Below, piece after piece: positions 9,115 to 18,377 of a stretch of 64,000 nucleotides of DNA. The position numbers and the translations under genes are program-made. Source of the DNA: Candidatus Aenigmatarchaeota archaeon (GTDB lineage: Archaea; Aenigmatarchaeota; Aenigmatarchaeia; QMZP01; QMZT01); assembly GCA_041489155.1 (NCBI GenBank), contig JBGPQP010000002.1, positions 32,001 through 96,000 of the forward strand. Direction: 5' to 3'. Below the pieces are notes generated by a model. That model did not search any database. It was not told the DNA's origin and saw nothing but the letters and a program-made list of their open reading frames with translations. Each line of letters begins with the position of its first letter. The stretch's first letter is position 1.

Positions 9115-9273
9115 CTATGTCCAGAGCTCGTCCATTTCTTCCTGAGGCTCGAAGACCACGCCGAATTTCGAGAAAACGGTCGAACATTTGGGACAAATGA
9201 AAGCCTCAGGCTGCTTGTTCCACAGCTTCCCGTAAGTGCCGCAGGTGGGACAATTGTAATCGAACAGAAACAT
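9115..9273 (-). CDS. Small zinc-finger protein
   Basis: CPTC...CPKC. GGGAGG SD-like sequence upstream of ATG 9273. Follows rpl32e. Confidence 0.6.
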   Translation of the reverse strand: MFLFDYNCPTCGTYGKLWNKQPEAFICPKCSTVFSKFGVVFEPQEEMDELWT

Positions 9274-9324
9274 GCTTGTACCTTTCCCTCCCATCAACCG
9301 AACAAAAAGATTGCAAAAAAGCAA

Positions 9325-9720
9325 TCACTTTAATTTATTTTTGTTGCCAACTTTTATATTGTTTTTCTGTGCGTAATCAAGAATTGCGAGCCTTTTCTTC
9401 CTTCCGACAGTCGAGGCGATGATTGCGATTTCGTCTTTTTTGTTTATTTTTTCAATTTCCATGACATTCCTCACAACGATTTCCATGTAGCCTTCCCTGT
9501 TGAGGCCGCGGACTCCGACGGGAGAGCCGTAACCCGGTCTTGGAAGCGCGCCTCTCGCTTTCCTGTGCTCGCGGAGTTTCGAGTGGATGCCCCTGGGCTT
9601 TCTCCACTTGTCGCCGACGCGCTTCATCCTGAACCATTCCTGGCGCCTGAAAGAGGGTTTCTTCTTCTTTATCCTTTTTCTGATTTCAAGCAGCTCTTCT
9701 TTGCTTTTATTGTTTTTCAT
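9325..9720 (-). CDS. rpl32e: 50S ribosomal protein L32e
   Basis: KKPSFRRQEW, WRKPRGIHSK, PGYGSP...VRGL. Confidence 0.95.
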   Translation of the reverse strand: MKNNKSKEELLEIRKRIKKKKPSFRRQEWFRMKRVGDKWRKPRGIHSKLREHRKARGALPRPGYGSPVGVRGLNREGYMEIVVRNVMEIEKINKKDEIAIIASTVGRKKRLAILDYAQKNNIKVGNKNKLK

Positions 9721-10255
9721 CCTCTCCCTCCACGTAAGGCGACCTGGTTATGTAAATGCCGTCCTGAAAAACACGCTTGTCGTAGCCCCTGATCTTGGTG
9801 GTCTGCTCTATTCTGCCGCAGACCTGCCCGACCCTTTCCTTATCCATGCCTGAAACATAAACCGCGTTCTTGTCTATTTCGACTTTCATGTCCGCCGGGA
9901 CCGGAACGGTTCTAGGGCTCTTCTCACCAAGGAAGTTGTCTATGTAAAGCTTGCCGCCCTCGATTTTCAGCTTCACCGGGAAATGGGTGTAAACCAGCTT
10001 GAGTTCGCCCTTCCATCCCTTGGTGACGCCGATGAACATGTTCCTTATCAGAACCTGCCAAGTTCCTATTATGGCCTTTACCTTTTTCCTGTCAATGCCG
10101 GAAACGAGGGTGATTTTCCTTCCCTCCAGCTTCAGGCTGACCTGCGGGTTCTGGAGCATCTTGCTGACGCTGCCTTTACTGCCCTTAACGTTAAGGGTGT
10201 TATTTTCCAGCGTCGCCTCGATTCCTTCCGGAATTTCTATTTCAGTTTTCAGCAT
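9707..10255 (-). CDS. rpl6: 50S ribosomal protein L6
   Basis: IEIPEGI, VYTHFPV, NFLGEK, DKRVFQDGIYI. Confidence 0.95.
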   Translation of the reverse strand: MLKTEIEIPEGIEATLENNTLNVKGSKGSVSKMLQNPQVSLKLEGRKITLVSGIDRKKVKAIIGTWQVLIRNMFIGVTKGWKGELKLVYTHFPVKLKIEGGKLYIDNFLGEKSPRTVPVPADMKVEIDKNAVYVSGMDKERVGQVCGRIEQTTKIRGYDKRVFQDGIYITRSPYVEGEDEKQ

Positions 10256-10306
10256 ACCATGACCTCTTGAAATATGAATATCTTTAGAAGGTAATATATT
10301 TAAGCC

Positions 10307-11563
10307 TTATTTCTTTTTCCTGGAGGCTTTCTTCTCCTTGGTTTTCTTGGCTGCGGGAGGCCTTTCTCTTTTCTTCTCTTCCTTTGCCTTCTTTGCTGTT
10401 TCTTCCTTGGCCGCCTCTTTTTCTTGTTCGGGTTCCGCCTCTTCCTTCTTTATCTCAGGCATGCGGCCGATCAGCGTGAAGGCGCCCGTTCCCATGGGTA
10501 TCACCTGGTTCATTATTATGTTTTCCACGTGGCCCTTCAGAGGGTCCTTCAAGCCTTCTATTGCGGCGGCTATAATATGTTTCTTGGTTTCCTCAAAGGC
10601 CATCCTGGCGAGGACCGAGTCCTTGTTGCCGGCTATGCCATAACGCCCTATGCCCATTATCCTTCCGTTCGACGTCATAAGGTCGGCAAGTATCGAGACA
10701 TAGCGGATGTCGACGCCGAGGCCCTGCTCGCTTATGGTCTCGACCGCTTCCTTTATGATCGCGTTCCTCGCGGCCTCGACGCCAAGCACGTCGTATACCT
10801 CAAAGGGGTTGTTGCATGTCGTTCTCGTAGCATCGACGCCTTCGATTGAAAGCACCTTGCGCAGGTTCGAACCGAGCGTTGAAATCACCCATTCGCCGCT
10901 GTCCTCCTTGCTCACGATCACGTGGGAGATGTTCTTGACCCCCTTTATGTGGGTTTCCAGGAGCTTGTACTTGAGCTTGTGGAGGTTGATGCTCTCGGCC
11001 TTTTTGGAAGTGACTATGAGTTCCCTGCCCTTTGAATCGACATCGACGTTCTTCAGCTTTACGTGCTTCGTCAGCTCCTTCGGGTCAAGGTCGAATTTCT
11101 TCAGCTTTTCTATGTCCAGATGGCACGAAACGGTCAGGTTTATCAGGTCTATGACATCGCTGAGCACGAAGTCCTTGAGCTTGACTTCCTTTATCTTCTT
11201 GGCGATTTCTATCGCCTTGTCTTCCGTGTTGTGCTCATGCATGAGGTATATGGTCATGCTCGGCGTCTCGGGCTCCTTCTTGGCGTCGAATATCTCGGCG
11301 AGCCTCGGAAGGCCCAGCGTGACCTGGATGCCCGCAGTACCTGCGAAATGGTACGTACGCATGGTCATCTGCGTCGCAGGCTCTGAAAGCGACTGCGCTG
11401 TGACGACGCCGATCGCTTCTTCAGGGTCGTACATTGACATCTTGTAGAAGTGCCTGACCTTTTCCAGTATCTCCTTTCTTTTATCCTCGTCCAGCCCCTT
11501 CCTCTTGCAGTAATCCTCGACTTCATCTCTTATCTTTAAAGGCAGTCTGTCCATGTTAACCAT
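10307..11563 (-). CDS. rpoA2: DNA-directed RNA polymerase subunit A''
   Basis: AQSLSEPATQMTMRTYHFAG, TLGLPRL, LARMAFE, IPMGTG. Confidence 0.97.
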   Translation of the reverse strand: MVNMDRLPLKIRDEVEDYCKRKGLDEDKRKEILEKVRHFYKMSMYDPEEAIGVVTAQSLSEPATQMTMRTYHFAGTAGIQVTLGLPRLAEIFDAKKEPETPSMTIYLMHEHNTEDKAIEIAKKIKEVKLKDFVLSDVIDLINLTVSCHLDIEKLKKFDLDPKELTKHVKLKNVDVDSKGRELIVTSKKAESINLHKLKYKLLETHIKGVKNISHVIVSKEDSGEWVISTLGSNLRKVLSIEGVDATRTTCNNPFEVYDVLGVEAARNAIIKEAVETISEQGLGVDIRYVSILADLMTSNGRIMGIGRYGIAGNKDSVLARMAFEETKKHIIAAAIEGLKDPLKGHVENIIMNQVIPMGTGAFTLIGRMPEIKKEEAEPEQEKEAAKEETAKKAKEEKKRERPPAAKKTKEKKASRKKK

Positions 11564-14069
11564 GCTCCACGTAATCCACCCAGTTTAGCTTGCCCCAGTC
11601 GGATTTGGTCGGGTCAATGCCGTCGTCTCCGGCATAGAACTGGATAACGTTGCCATTCGAATCTCGTACGCTCATGTCGTCCCAGACCTTCAGATCCTGC
11701 AGGGAGTTCATGAGGCGGCGCTGCATGTAGCCCGATTTCCTCGTGCGCAGCGACTTGTCCATGAGGCCCTCGCGGCCGTTCATCACGTTCCAGAAAAATT
11801 CGAAGGGCGTCAGCCCCTGTTTGAAGCCGCGCGCTACGAAGCCCCTTGTCTCGGCAGAAAGGTCGCCGACTCTGAAATGCGTCGTGGTCCTTCCCATGTA
11901 GCCTCTCTGTATCCTCTTTCCGAGAATGGTTTCCGAACCTACGCAGGCAGACATCTGGGTCGTGTTTATGTTCGAACCCTTCGCGCCTGAGCCGGACATC
12001 ACGAGGATGTCGCTCGGCTTGATATTCTTTATCATGATATCGCTTACCTTGTTCAGGCCTTCGGCAAGGGTGGAAAGTATCTGGGTTTCAAGCGATTCCT
12101 CCGGCGTCATGCCGGGGAGGATTTTGAGCTTCCCCTCGCCGAACTTGTCGACCAGCTTGTCCGAATCTTTCATGGCCTTCTTTATCTCGTCCTCAATCAC
12201 ATGCTCGACCCTTGCCGGCACGTCGAGATCAGAAATGCCGATGGAAAACCCTCTCATCATGAGGTATGACGCACCGACCCTTCCGAGGCGGTCTATGAAG
12301 TTCTTTAGCTCGTCGTCGCTGACGAGGCGCCTTACCTTGTTGAGCATTTTCCCCTTGAAAGCGCCGACCGCCCTCGTGTCTATCACTCCACTTTTCAGCT
12401 CGCCGTTCTTTATGCAGACCCAGCAGTCGTGCTTGCATTCCTCCTTGGAGCACCTGTCGCACTCCTTGCAGGCATTCGCCTTGAAATTCATGTTGAGCTT
12501 CTTGGGCAACAGAAGGCTTACTATTTCCTTGCCGGTGAACTCCTTCTTGTCGGGAAGCTCAAGGTCTATCGCCGCGCGCGATAAAAGCTCTGCCGCCGCC
12601 TTCCTCGAAAGGACAGTCTCACTCTTGGTAAGGAGGTACATGCCCGATACTTGATCGAGGTCCAGGCCCACCAGCGGGCCGCCGAACCTCGGGGAAATTA
12701 TGTTATTCTTGACCTCCATGAGCATGGATGCTTCGACCTGCGCTTCCTCGGACTGGAGGGCATGGATGTTCATCTCGTCGCCGTCGAAGTCTGCGTTGTA
12801 AGGCGCGCAAACGCTCGGGTTCATCCTGAACGTGCGGTAAGGCATTACCTTTACCCTGTGAACCATTATGGAAACCCTGTGAAGCGAAGGCTGCCTGTTG
12901 AACAGGACGACGTCGCCGTCCTTAAGCTGCCTGTCAACGCTCCAGCCCGCTGCAAGGTTTGTAGTTATGTCCTTCCTGTTCTCTTCCGTGACCTTTATCT
13001 TCCTGCCGTCAGGCCTCGTTATGTAGTTCACCTTGCCGTCCTTTATCATGTCCTTTATGTTCTTGATGTTGAGCTGTGTGATGGTCTCCGGGATTGTCAG
13101 CTCTTTCGCGACCTCCTCAGCGGGAATGCCGACCTCGTTTATGGAAAGCGTCGGGTCGGGCGAGATGACCGTGCGTGACGAATAGTTAACCCTCTTGCCG
13201 AGCAGGTTCCCTCGTATGCGCCCTTCCTTTGCCTTCAATCTCTGGATTATGCCCTTTAACGGGCGTCCGGATCTGTGCCTCGCCTGGGGGATGCCGGTCA
13301 GCTCGTTGTCGAAATAAGTCGCGACATGATATTGCAGCAGCTCCCACAGATCGTTGAGTATGAATTCGGGCGCGCCGATGTCTATGTTCTCCTTGAGCGA
13401 CTGGTTTATCCTGACTATGTCGACTAGCTTGTGGGTGAGGTCGTCCTCCGAGCGCTCGCCCGTCTCCAGCGTAATCGACGGCCTCATGGTGACCGGCGGT
13501 ATGGGGAAAAGCGTCAGTGCCAGCCATTCGGGCCGTCCGCCGCGGAAGCCGATCTTCTGAAGATCCTCGTCAGGCACGCGCTCGCACCATTCCCTTATCT
13601 GCATCGGGTTCAGCTCTTCCTTGCCGTAATAATAAGTATAAGGCTTGACGAATGTGACCTTGCTTCCCTGCTTTTCGCAGTGAGGGCATTTCCTTAGCGG
13701 CGCCTTGGAAACCTGATCCAGCGAGCGGGGCGCCTTGTGCAGGAGCCTGCCACATTTGGAGCACGTCGCTTTCAGCAGCTGGTATACCTGCTTGGTGTAG
13801 AGAACATGAACAACCGGCCTTGCCAGCTCGACGTAGCCGAAATGGCCCGGGCAGTCTCCTATCGCGCCGCCGCATGTCCTGCAACGAAGGCCTGGATCAA
13901 CGACTCCCATTCTCGGATCCATCGCCCCTCCGTCGACCGGGTAGCCGTCGGCGTCGTAAAGGTCGGACGTGACAATCCTTACCGTCGCCAGGGATTTCAT
14001 TATGACCGGCGAAAGCAAGCCGAAATCAATTGAACTTATCTTCGATGAACTTATCTTCGAGAGATCCAT
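11556..14069 (-). CDS. rpoA1: DNA-directed RNA polymerase subunit A'
   Basis: Catalytic YNADFDGDEMN, CPGHFG, LFNRQPSLH, SGYMQRRL. Start set to ATG 14069. Confidence 0.97.
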   Translation of the reverse strand: MDLSKISSSKISSIDFGLLSPVIMKSLATVRIVTSDLYDADGYPVDGGAMDPRMGVVDPGLRCRTCGGAIGDCPGHFGYVELARPVVHVLYTKQVYQLLKATCSKCGRLLHKAPRSLDQVSKAPLRKCPHCEKQGSKVTFVKPYTYYYGKEELNPMQIREWCERVPDEDLQKIGFRGGRPEWLALTLFPIPPVTMRPSITLETGERSEDDLTHKLVDIVRINQSLKENIDIGAPEFILNDLWELLQYHVATYFDNELTGIPQARHRSGRPLKGIIQRLKAKEGRIRGNLLGKRVNYSSRTVISPDPTLSINEVGIPAEEVAKELTIPETITQLNIKNIKDMIKDGKVNYITRPDGRKIKVTEENRKDITTNLAAGWSVDRQLKDGDVVLFNRQPSLHRVSIMVHRVKVMPYRTFRMNPSVCAPYNADFDGDEMNIHALQSEEAQVEASMLMEVKNNIISPRFGGPLVGLDLDQVSGMYLLTKSETVLSRKAAAELLSRAAIDLELPDKKEFTGKEIVSLLLPKKLNMNFKANACKECDRCSKEECKHDCWVCIKNGELKSGVIDTRAVGAFKGKMLNKVRRLVSDDELKNFIDRLGRVGASYLMMRGFSIGISDLDVPARVEHVIEDEIKKAMKDSDKLVDKFGEGKLKILPGMTPEESLETQILSTLAEGLNKVSDIMIKNIKPSDILVMSGSGAKGSNINTTQMSACVGSETILGKRIQRGYMGRTTTHFRVGDLSAETRGFVARGFKQGLTPFEFFWNVMNGREGLMDKSLRTRKSGYMQRRLMNSLQDLKVWDDMSVRDSNGNVIQFYAGDDGIDPTKSDWGKLNWVDYVEHG

Positions 14070-14079
14070 ACATCCACCA

Positions 14080-15882
14080 TCAGATTTCAATCACGTTGAG
14101 TTTCGGGTATACGCCAAGCGATTTAAGCTCATCCATGGTCAGCTTGAAAGCGTACGACGTCGAAACCCAGAGTATCTTTGAGTCCTTGCATATCGGGCAG
14201 TACGTCTTGTTCTTCGTCTTGTCGTGTATCGCGATGAGGCCGCATGACTGGCATATGGGCAGCGACGTTTCGTCGGAACTGAACCTTTCCTTAAGTGTCA
14301 GCGCCGCGCCATGTCCTACAAGGCATTGCTGCTCCATCTCGCCGAGGCGAAGGCCGCCGCGCTTTGAGCGCCCTTCTGTCGGCTGCCTCGTGAGCAGGGT
14401 GACCGGTCCTTTCGACCTGGCATGAATCTTGTCAGCTACCATGTGGTCCAGTTTCATGTAATACACGACCCCCGTGAAAATCATGACCTCGAATTTCCTT
14501 CCAGTCCTTCCATCGTAAAGCGTTTCCTTGCCGTCGTCCCTGAAGCCAAGTCTCTTCATTTCCTTGCGGATGAAGTCCTCCTTCATGCCGGAGAAGGCTG
14601 ACGCATCGATCCTGCTGCCTGCTATGGAGCCGTACTTTCCGGCAAGAAGCTCAAGCAGCTGGCTCACCGTCATCCTAGAAGGGATGCCGTGCGGATTGAA
14701 GACGATGTCAGGAACGATGCCTTCTTTTGTGAAGGGCATGTCTTCCTGCGAGACCAGCAGCGCAGTCACGCCTTTTTGGCCGTGCCTGGTTGCGAACTTG
14801 TCTCCTAGCTCAGGAATGCGCTCGTCCCTTGTCCTCACCTTGAACAGCTGCTCGCCGCTCGAGGTCTCGCTTATCAGTATCCTGTCGACTATGCCCCTCT
14901 CGCCGTATCTTATCGTGACAGATGATTCGCGCTTGTTCTCGATGTCAGTCGTGAAGTCGCCTCCTGTCAGGAAGCGGAGCGGCGAGGTCTTGCCTATGAG
15001 GACGGAATCGGATTCCACCGGCGTTTCCGGGTTTATGATGCCGTCTTCAGGGATTTCCTTGTAGGCTTCCTCTCCCCTGTAGCCCTTTATGCCCGGCTCG
15101 GGGATGCTTATTATGTCCTCCTGGCCACCCCAGTAACGCTTGCGGATGGTTTCATACGTCCTGAAGTAGAATGACCTGAACATGCCCCTGTCGACGGACG
15201 CCTTGTTAAGCACGACGGCGTCGTTCATGTTGAAGCCGTCCCAGCACATGACTGCGACGACGATGTTCTGGCCGTAGGGATGCTGGCACAAAATCTTGTC
15301 CGTCGCGGTGTCGACAAGCGGCATCTGCGCATACGTGAGTATGTTGAACTTGGTGTCGGTCCTCACATGGAAATTGTCGATCGGTGCGCCTATCGCCTGG
15401 CCCACCATTTTCGCGCCGTAGTTGACGCGGTCGCCGCGGTTGTATTCCGGGTAAGGCGTAAGGCTTGCGGAAATGCCAAGGATTATGATGGGGTTGAGCT
15501 CGACATGCGTGTGCTCTTTCGTTATCTTGCTCTCGTCTATCGCTATAAGCGTGTTCTCCTCTTCCTCGGCATCGATGTATTCCACGATGCCGTGCTTCAC
15601 CAGGAAGCTCCACGTTATCTTGCTCTTGCCGAGCTTGTCTACGTGGTCCTTCGTCAGCTTGGATTTCCCGTCCTCGACCACGACAAGCGGCCGCCTCGCG
15701 CGGCCGGAATCAGTGTTTATCCTTATCTCGTTGAACATGGGATGGAAGGAAACGTTCAGCTGGTCCGGGAGCAGGCCGTGCCTTCTCTTCTTTCTTAGTT
15801 CCACTGTCAGCTCCTCGGGCTTGTTGGTTGTGCCTATGAAGTTGCCATTGAAGTAAATATCGCTCTCGTTCTTTCCCTTCAT
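14080..15882 (-). CDS. rpoB1: DNA-directed RNA polymerase subunit B'
   Basis: GDKFATRHGQKG, NPHGIPSRMT, RQPTEGR..GGLRLGEME, C-terminal Zn finger. Confidence 0.97.
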   Translation of the reverse strand: MKGKNESDIYFNGNFIGTTNKPEELTVELRKKRRHGLLPDQLNVSFHPMFNEIRINTDSGRARRPLVVVEDGKSKLTKDHVDKLGKSKITWSFLVKHGIVEYIDAEEEENTLIAIDESKITKEHTHVELNPIIILGISASLTPYPEYNRGDRVNYGAKMVGQAIGAPIDNFHVRTDTKFNILTYAQMPLVDTATDKILCQHPYGQNIVVAVMCWDGFNMNDAVVLNKASVDRGMFRSFYFRTYETIRKRYWGGQEDIISIPEPGIKGYRGEEAYKEIPEDGIINPETPVESDSVLIGKTSPLRFLTGGDFTTDIENKRESSVTIRYGERGIVDRILISETSSGEQLFKVRTRDERIPELGDKFATRHGQKGVTALLVSQEDMPFTKEGIVPDIVFNPHGIPSRMTVSQLLELLAGKYGSIAGSRIDASAFSGMKEDFIRKEMKRLGFRDDGKETLYDGRTGRKFEVMIFTGVVYYMKLDHMVADKIHARSKGPVTLLTRQPTEGRSKRGGLRLGEMEQQCLVGHGAALTLKERFSSDETSLPICQSCGLIAIHDKTKNKTYCPICKDSKILWVSTSYAFKLTMDELKSLGVYPKLNVIEI

Positions 15883-17342
15883 TTTGCTTCACCCTTCAAA
15901 AGGCTGATTATAGCGTCTTCTTCCTCTTTCGAAATGCCCGGCGTTATTTCAGTGAGCAGCGCCAAGTGCTTCCTTAAACCGATGGAGCTTCCTTCTGGCG
16001 TTTCAGCCGGGCATAGCCTTCCCCACTCGGTCGGATGTATCTGCCTTGCCTTGAAATGCTCCTGCGTCGGCGTAAGCGGCGAGAGGACCGAGCGCAGGTG
16101 CGAAACCGTCTTTATGTAGGAGCTCCTGTCCAGCCGCTGTGACACGCCCGTTCGCCCGCCAATCCAGGTCCCTGTCGCCAGCGACGAAAGAATCTGTTTC
16201 GTCACCGTGTTCGCCTCGATTATCGATTGCACGGACGGGAACTTGCCGCGCTTTACGAGTTTCTGGTAGTTGTACGTCATCTTCGCTATCAGGCCCCATC
16301 TTCCAAGGAGAATCGATCTGAAAAGCTGCTCGAAAAGCTCGCCTGACATGAGCAGGCGCTTGTTCGAATAATGGTCTATGTCGTCTTCCGGCGAGATGTC
16401 GAGTTTTACGGAAATGCATTTCCTTATGATCCTCGCCAGGTACTTGCTCTTCCTCAGCCTGTCGCCGACCTCTTGGCCCAGATGCGGCAGGAGGTAGCGG
16501 TCAAGTATCTGGTTAACCCGCTCTTCTATGTAATCCTTTGTGACCTTCAGCTTCTTGCCTATGAAATCGACCGCTTCCTCGGTCGTGATGACGTCGGTTT
16601 CGTAAAGGTTCGTATAAAATTCATTCAGTATCCTGTCGTCTCTCGAGACCAGGTCGCACAGCTCCTTGTCGTTCTCAAGGCTCAGCGCTTTCAGCAGAAC
16701 AACAATGGGGAGTTTCTTGATATTGGCAAAAGAAATCGTTATTTCACCGTCGGGTTTCATCTCGACGAGGTGCCTCTGCTTGAAGCCCGAGCGCTCGGAG
16801 TTTATCCTCACCGAGACGCCGTCTTCCTCAGTCTTTTCGAAAATCGGCTTGTTTGATGAGATTTCCTCTATAAGAACAAGTACTCTTTCGGTCCCGTTGA
16901 CAACAAAGTATCCGCCCGGATCAGTTGGGTCCTCGCCGGCCGCGATGAGCTCCTCGTCGCTTATGCCGTTGAGGTTGCATATCTTTGATTTTACCATGAC
17001 AGGCAAATCGCCGACGTGGACATTCTCCGATTTCTCCTGCACGCCGTTGAATATGGGTGTTATCTTGACGAATATGGGAGCCATGTAGTTGAGGTTGCGT
17101 ACTCTCGCCTCGTTGGGGAAAATCGCGCGGCTCGAGCCGTCGGCTTCGTGCACGACCGGCTTGCCGAGCGTGACCTCGCCGAACTTGATTTTGAGGTCTT
17201 CCTTGTCCTGCGCGACTCGTATCGTCCCGACCTCGTTGATTATCTTCTGCAGGCCGAAGTCGATGAAGTTGTTGAAGGACTCTATCTGATACTTGACCCA
17301 CTCCCTCTCCTTCCCGAAACCGCCAACGATAGCTACAATCAT
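15879..17342 (-). CDS. rpoB2: DNA-directed RNA polymerase subunit B''
   Basis: QIESFNNF, DPGGYFVVNGTERV, GRLCPAETPEG. Confidence 0.97.
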   Translation of the reverse strand: MIVAIVGGFGKEREWVKYQIESFNNFIDFGLQKIINEVGTIRVAQDKEDLKIKFGEVTLGKPVVHEADGSSRAIFPNEARVRNLNYMAPIFVKITPIFNGVQEKSENVHVGDLPVMVKSKICNLNGISDEELIAAGEDPTDPGGYFVVNGTERVLVLIEEISSNKPIFEKTEEDGVSVRINSERSGFKQRHLVEMKPDGEITISFANIKKLPIVVLLKALSLENDKELCDLVSRDDRILNEFYTNLYETDVITTEEAVDFIGKKLKVTKDYIEERVNQILDRYLLPHLGQEVGDRLRKSKYLARIIRKCISVKLDISPEDDIDHYSNKRLLMSGELFEQLFRSILLGRWGLIAKMTYNYQKLVKRGKFPSVQSIIEANTVTKQILSSLATGTWIGGRTGVSQRLDRSSYIKTVSHLRSVLSPLTPTQEHFKARQIHPTEWGRLCPAETPEGSSIGLRKHLALLTEITPGISKEEEDAIISLLKGEAK

Positions 17343-17358
17343 GTTTCAACGCATCCGT

Positions 17359-17592
17359 TTAAACAACGATTCTGTAATACACGTATTCTCCGGCAACTTC
17401 CGACATCCGCTTTATCTCGAGAAGATCGCCCTTCTTCGCGCCTATTTTCTCAATAATCGGGTCCAGACCAAGAATCTTAGGCAGCTTGTCGGGTGTGGTC
17501 CTGAATTTCTCAAGGATTGTCTTTTTTTCCTCTTCAGAAAGAACTCTGAATTTTGGCACTAGCACATGATCCAAAATGTTAAATGTGACCAC
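17359..17592 (-). CDS. rpoH: DNA-directed RNA polymerase subunit H
   Basis: HVLVPK, LPKI...DP, YYRIVV. First gene of the rpo operon. Confidence 0.95.
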   Translation of the reverse strand: MVTFNILDHVLVPKFRVLSEEEKKTILEKFRTTPDKLPKILGLDPIIEKIGAKKGDLLEIKRMSEVAGEYVYYRIVV

Positions 17593-17751
17593 CCTTTAAC
17601 TCTCGAGGCTCAGCAGCCGGGACCGGAGTTAACAGATATACTGTACAGTACGTTGGTTATTAAGTTAATTAAATGGCACAAGCATTTAAATACTTTTCGG
17701 ATTTATGATTTCTGGGCTTTGCACACGCTTTCAATGACAAAAAAGATGAAA

Positions 17752-17921
17752 TGGGCCCGGCGGGAATCGAACCCGCGACCCCCAGATATCTTTCCGCACC
17801 GTATTCTGTCATCAACAAAAACGCAGACCTACACAGGTGAAACCTGTGTCATGCGCTTGTTTCAGCATACTTTTATCCAACAGATAAAAGTCTGGTGCTC
17901 TACCGATTGAGCTACGAGCCC
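17752..17921 (-). tRNA. tRNA-Lys(UUU) with a 97-nt intron at 37/38 (intron 17788-17884)
   Basis: Exons GGGCTCGTAGCTCAATCGGTAGAGCACCAGACTTTTA | ATCTGGGGGTCGCGGGTTCGATTCCCGCCGGGCCCA give a 73-nt cloverleaf. BHB with CUUU/AAAG helix and two 3-nt bulges. CCA not encoded. Confidence 0.93.
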
Positions 17922-17962
17922 ACGAAGCGAAAGGCACAGGCTTCGCCTATATGCCAATCACA

Positions 17963-18035
17963 CGCCCTGGCCGGGATTTGAACCCGGGTCCTCGGAGTGA
18001 CAGTCCGAGATGATAGACCACTACACTACCAGGGC
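17963..18035 (-). tRNA. tRNA-Asp(GUC)
   Basis: GCCCTGG/CCAGGGC acceptor stem, TCGGA-CTGTCAC-TCCGA anticodon arm, GGTTCAAATCC T-arm, 73 nt. Confidence 0.97.
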
Positions 18036-18154
18036 ACCGTATTTAGCTTGTGCTTGTTTGCCAGTGTTATATGTATTATTTCTAATCGAGTCCGATATTT
18101 ATAAGTTTAACAAACACAGAAAGCCAAAAAGCAAAAAGGATAAAATTAACAGTA

Positions 18155-18267
18155 GTGAGCAGCTATCTGGATTTCCCCCTTTTCAGGAGTACTTTCCAGA
18201 CCGCCGGGGAGTTTAACTTCCGTGTTCGAAATGGGAACGGGTGAACCTCCCCACTTTGGCCGCTCGT
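18155..18267 (-). rRNA. rrf: 5S rRNA, unlinked from 16S/23S
   Basis: Minus strand has the conserved CCCGTTCCCATTTCGAACACGGAAGTTAA. Terminal helix GAGCGGC/GCTGCTC. Ends are approximate. Confidence 0.9.
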
Positions 18268-18287
18268 AATTTTATTGCTTGTCACTC

Positions 18288-18306
18288 TTTATAAGCTTTG
18301 CGCCTT
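18288..18306 (-). promoter_or_regulatory. BRE/TATA promoter for the 5S rRNA
   Basis: Minus strand AAGGCGCAAAGC-TTATAAAG, about 25 nt upstream of the 5S 5' end. Confidence 0.6.
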
Positions 18307-18377
18307 TCGCTGGATATTCCCAGTATATTCTCCTGTGTGTCGTTGCTTTCTAGACCGGAGAAAAAGTTTGGTCCGGC

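Noticed and set aside
14080..17342. Split rpoB as a frameshift or pseudogene
   Set aside because: The B''/B' split with ATGA overlap is a normal archaeal arrangement.
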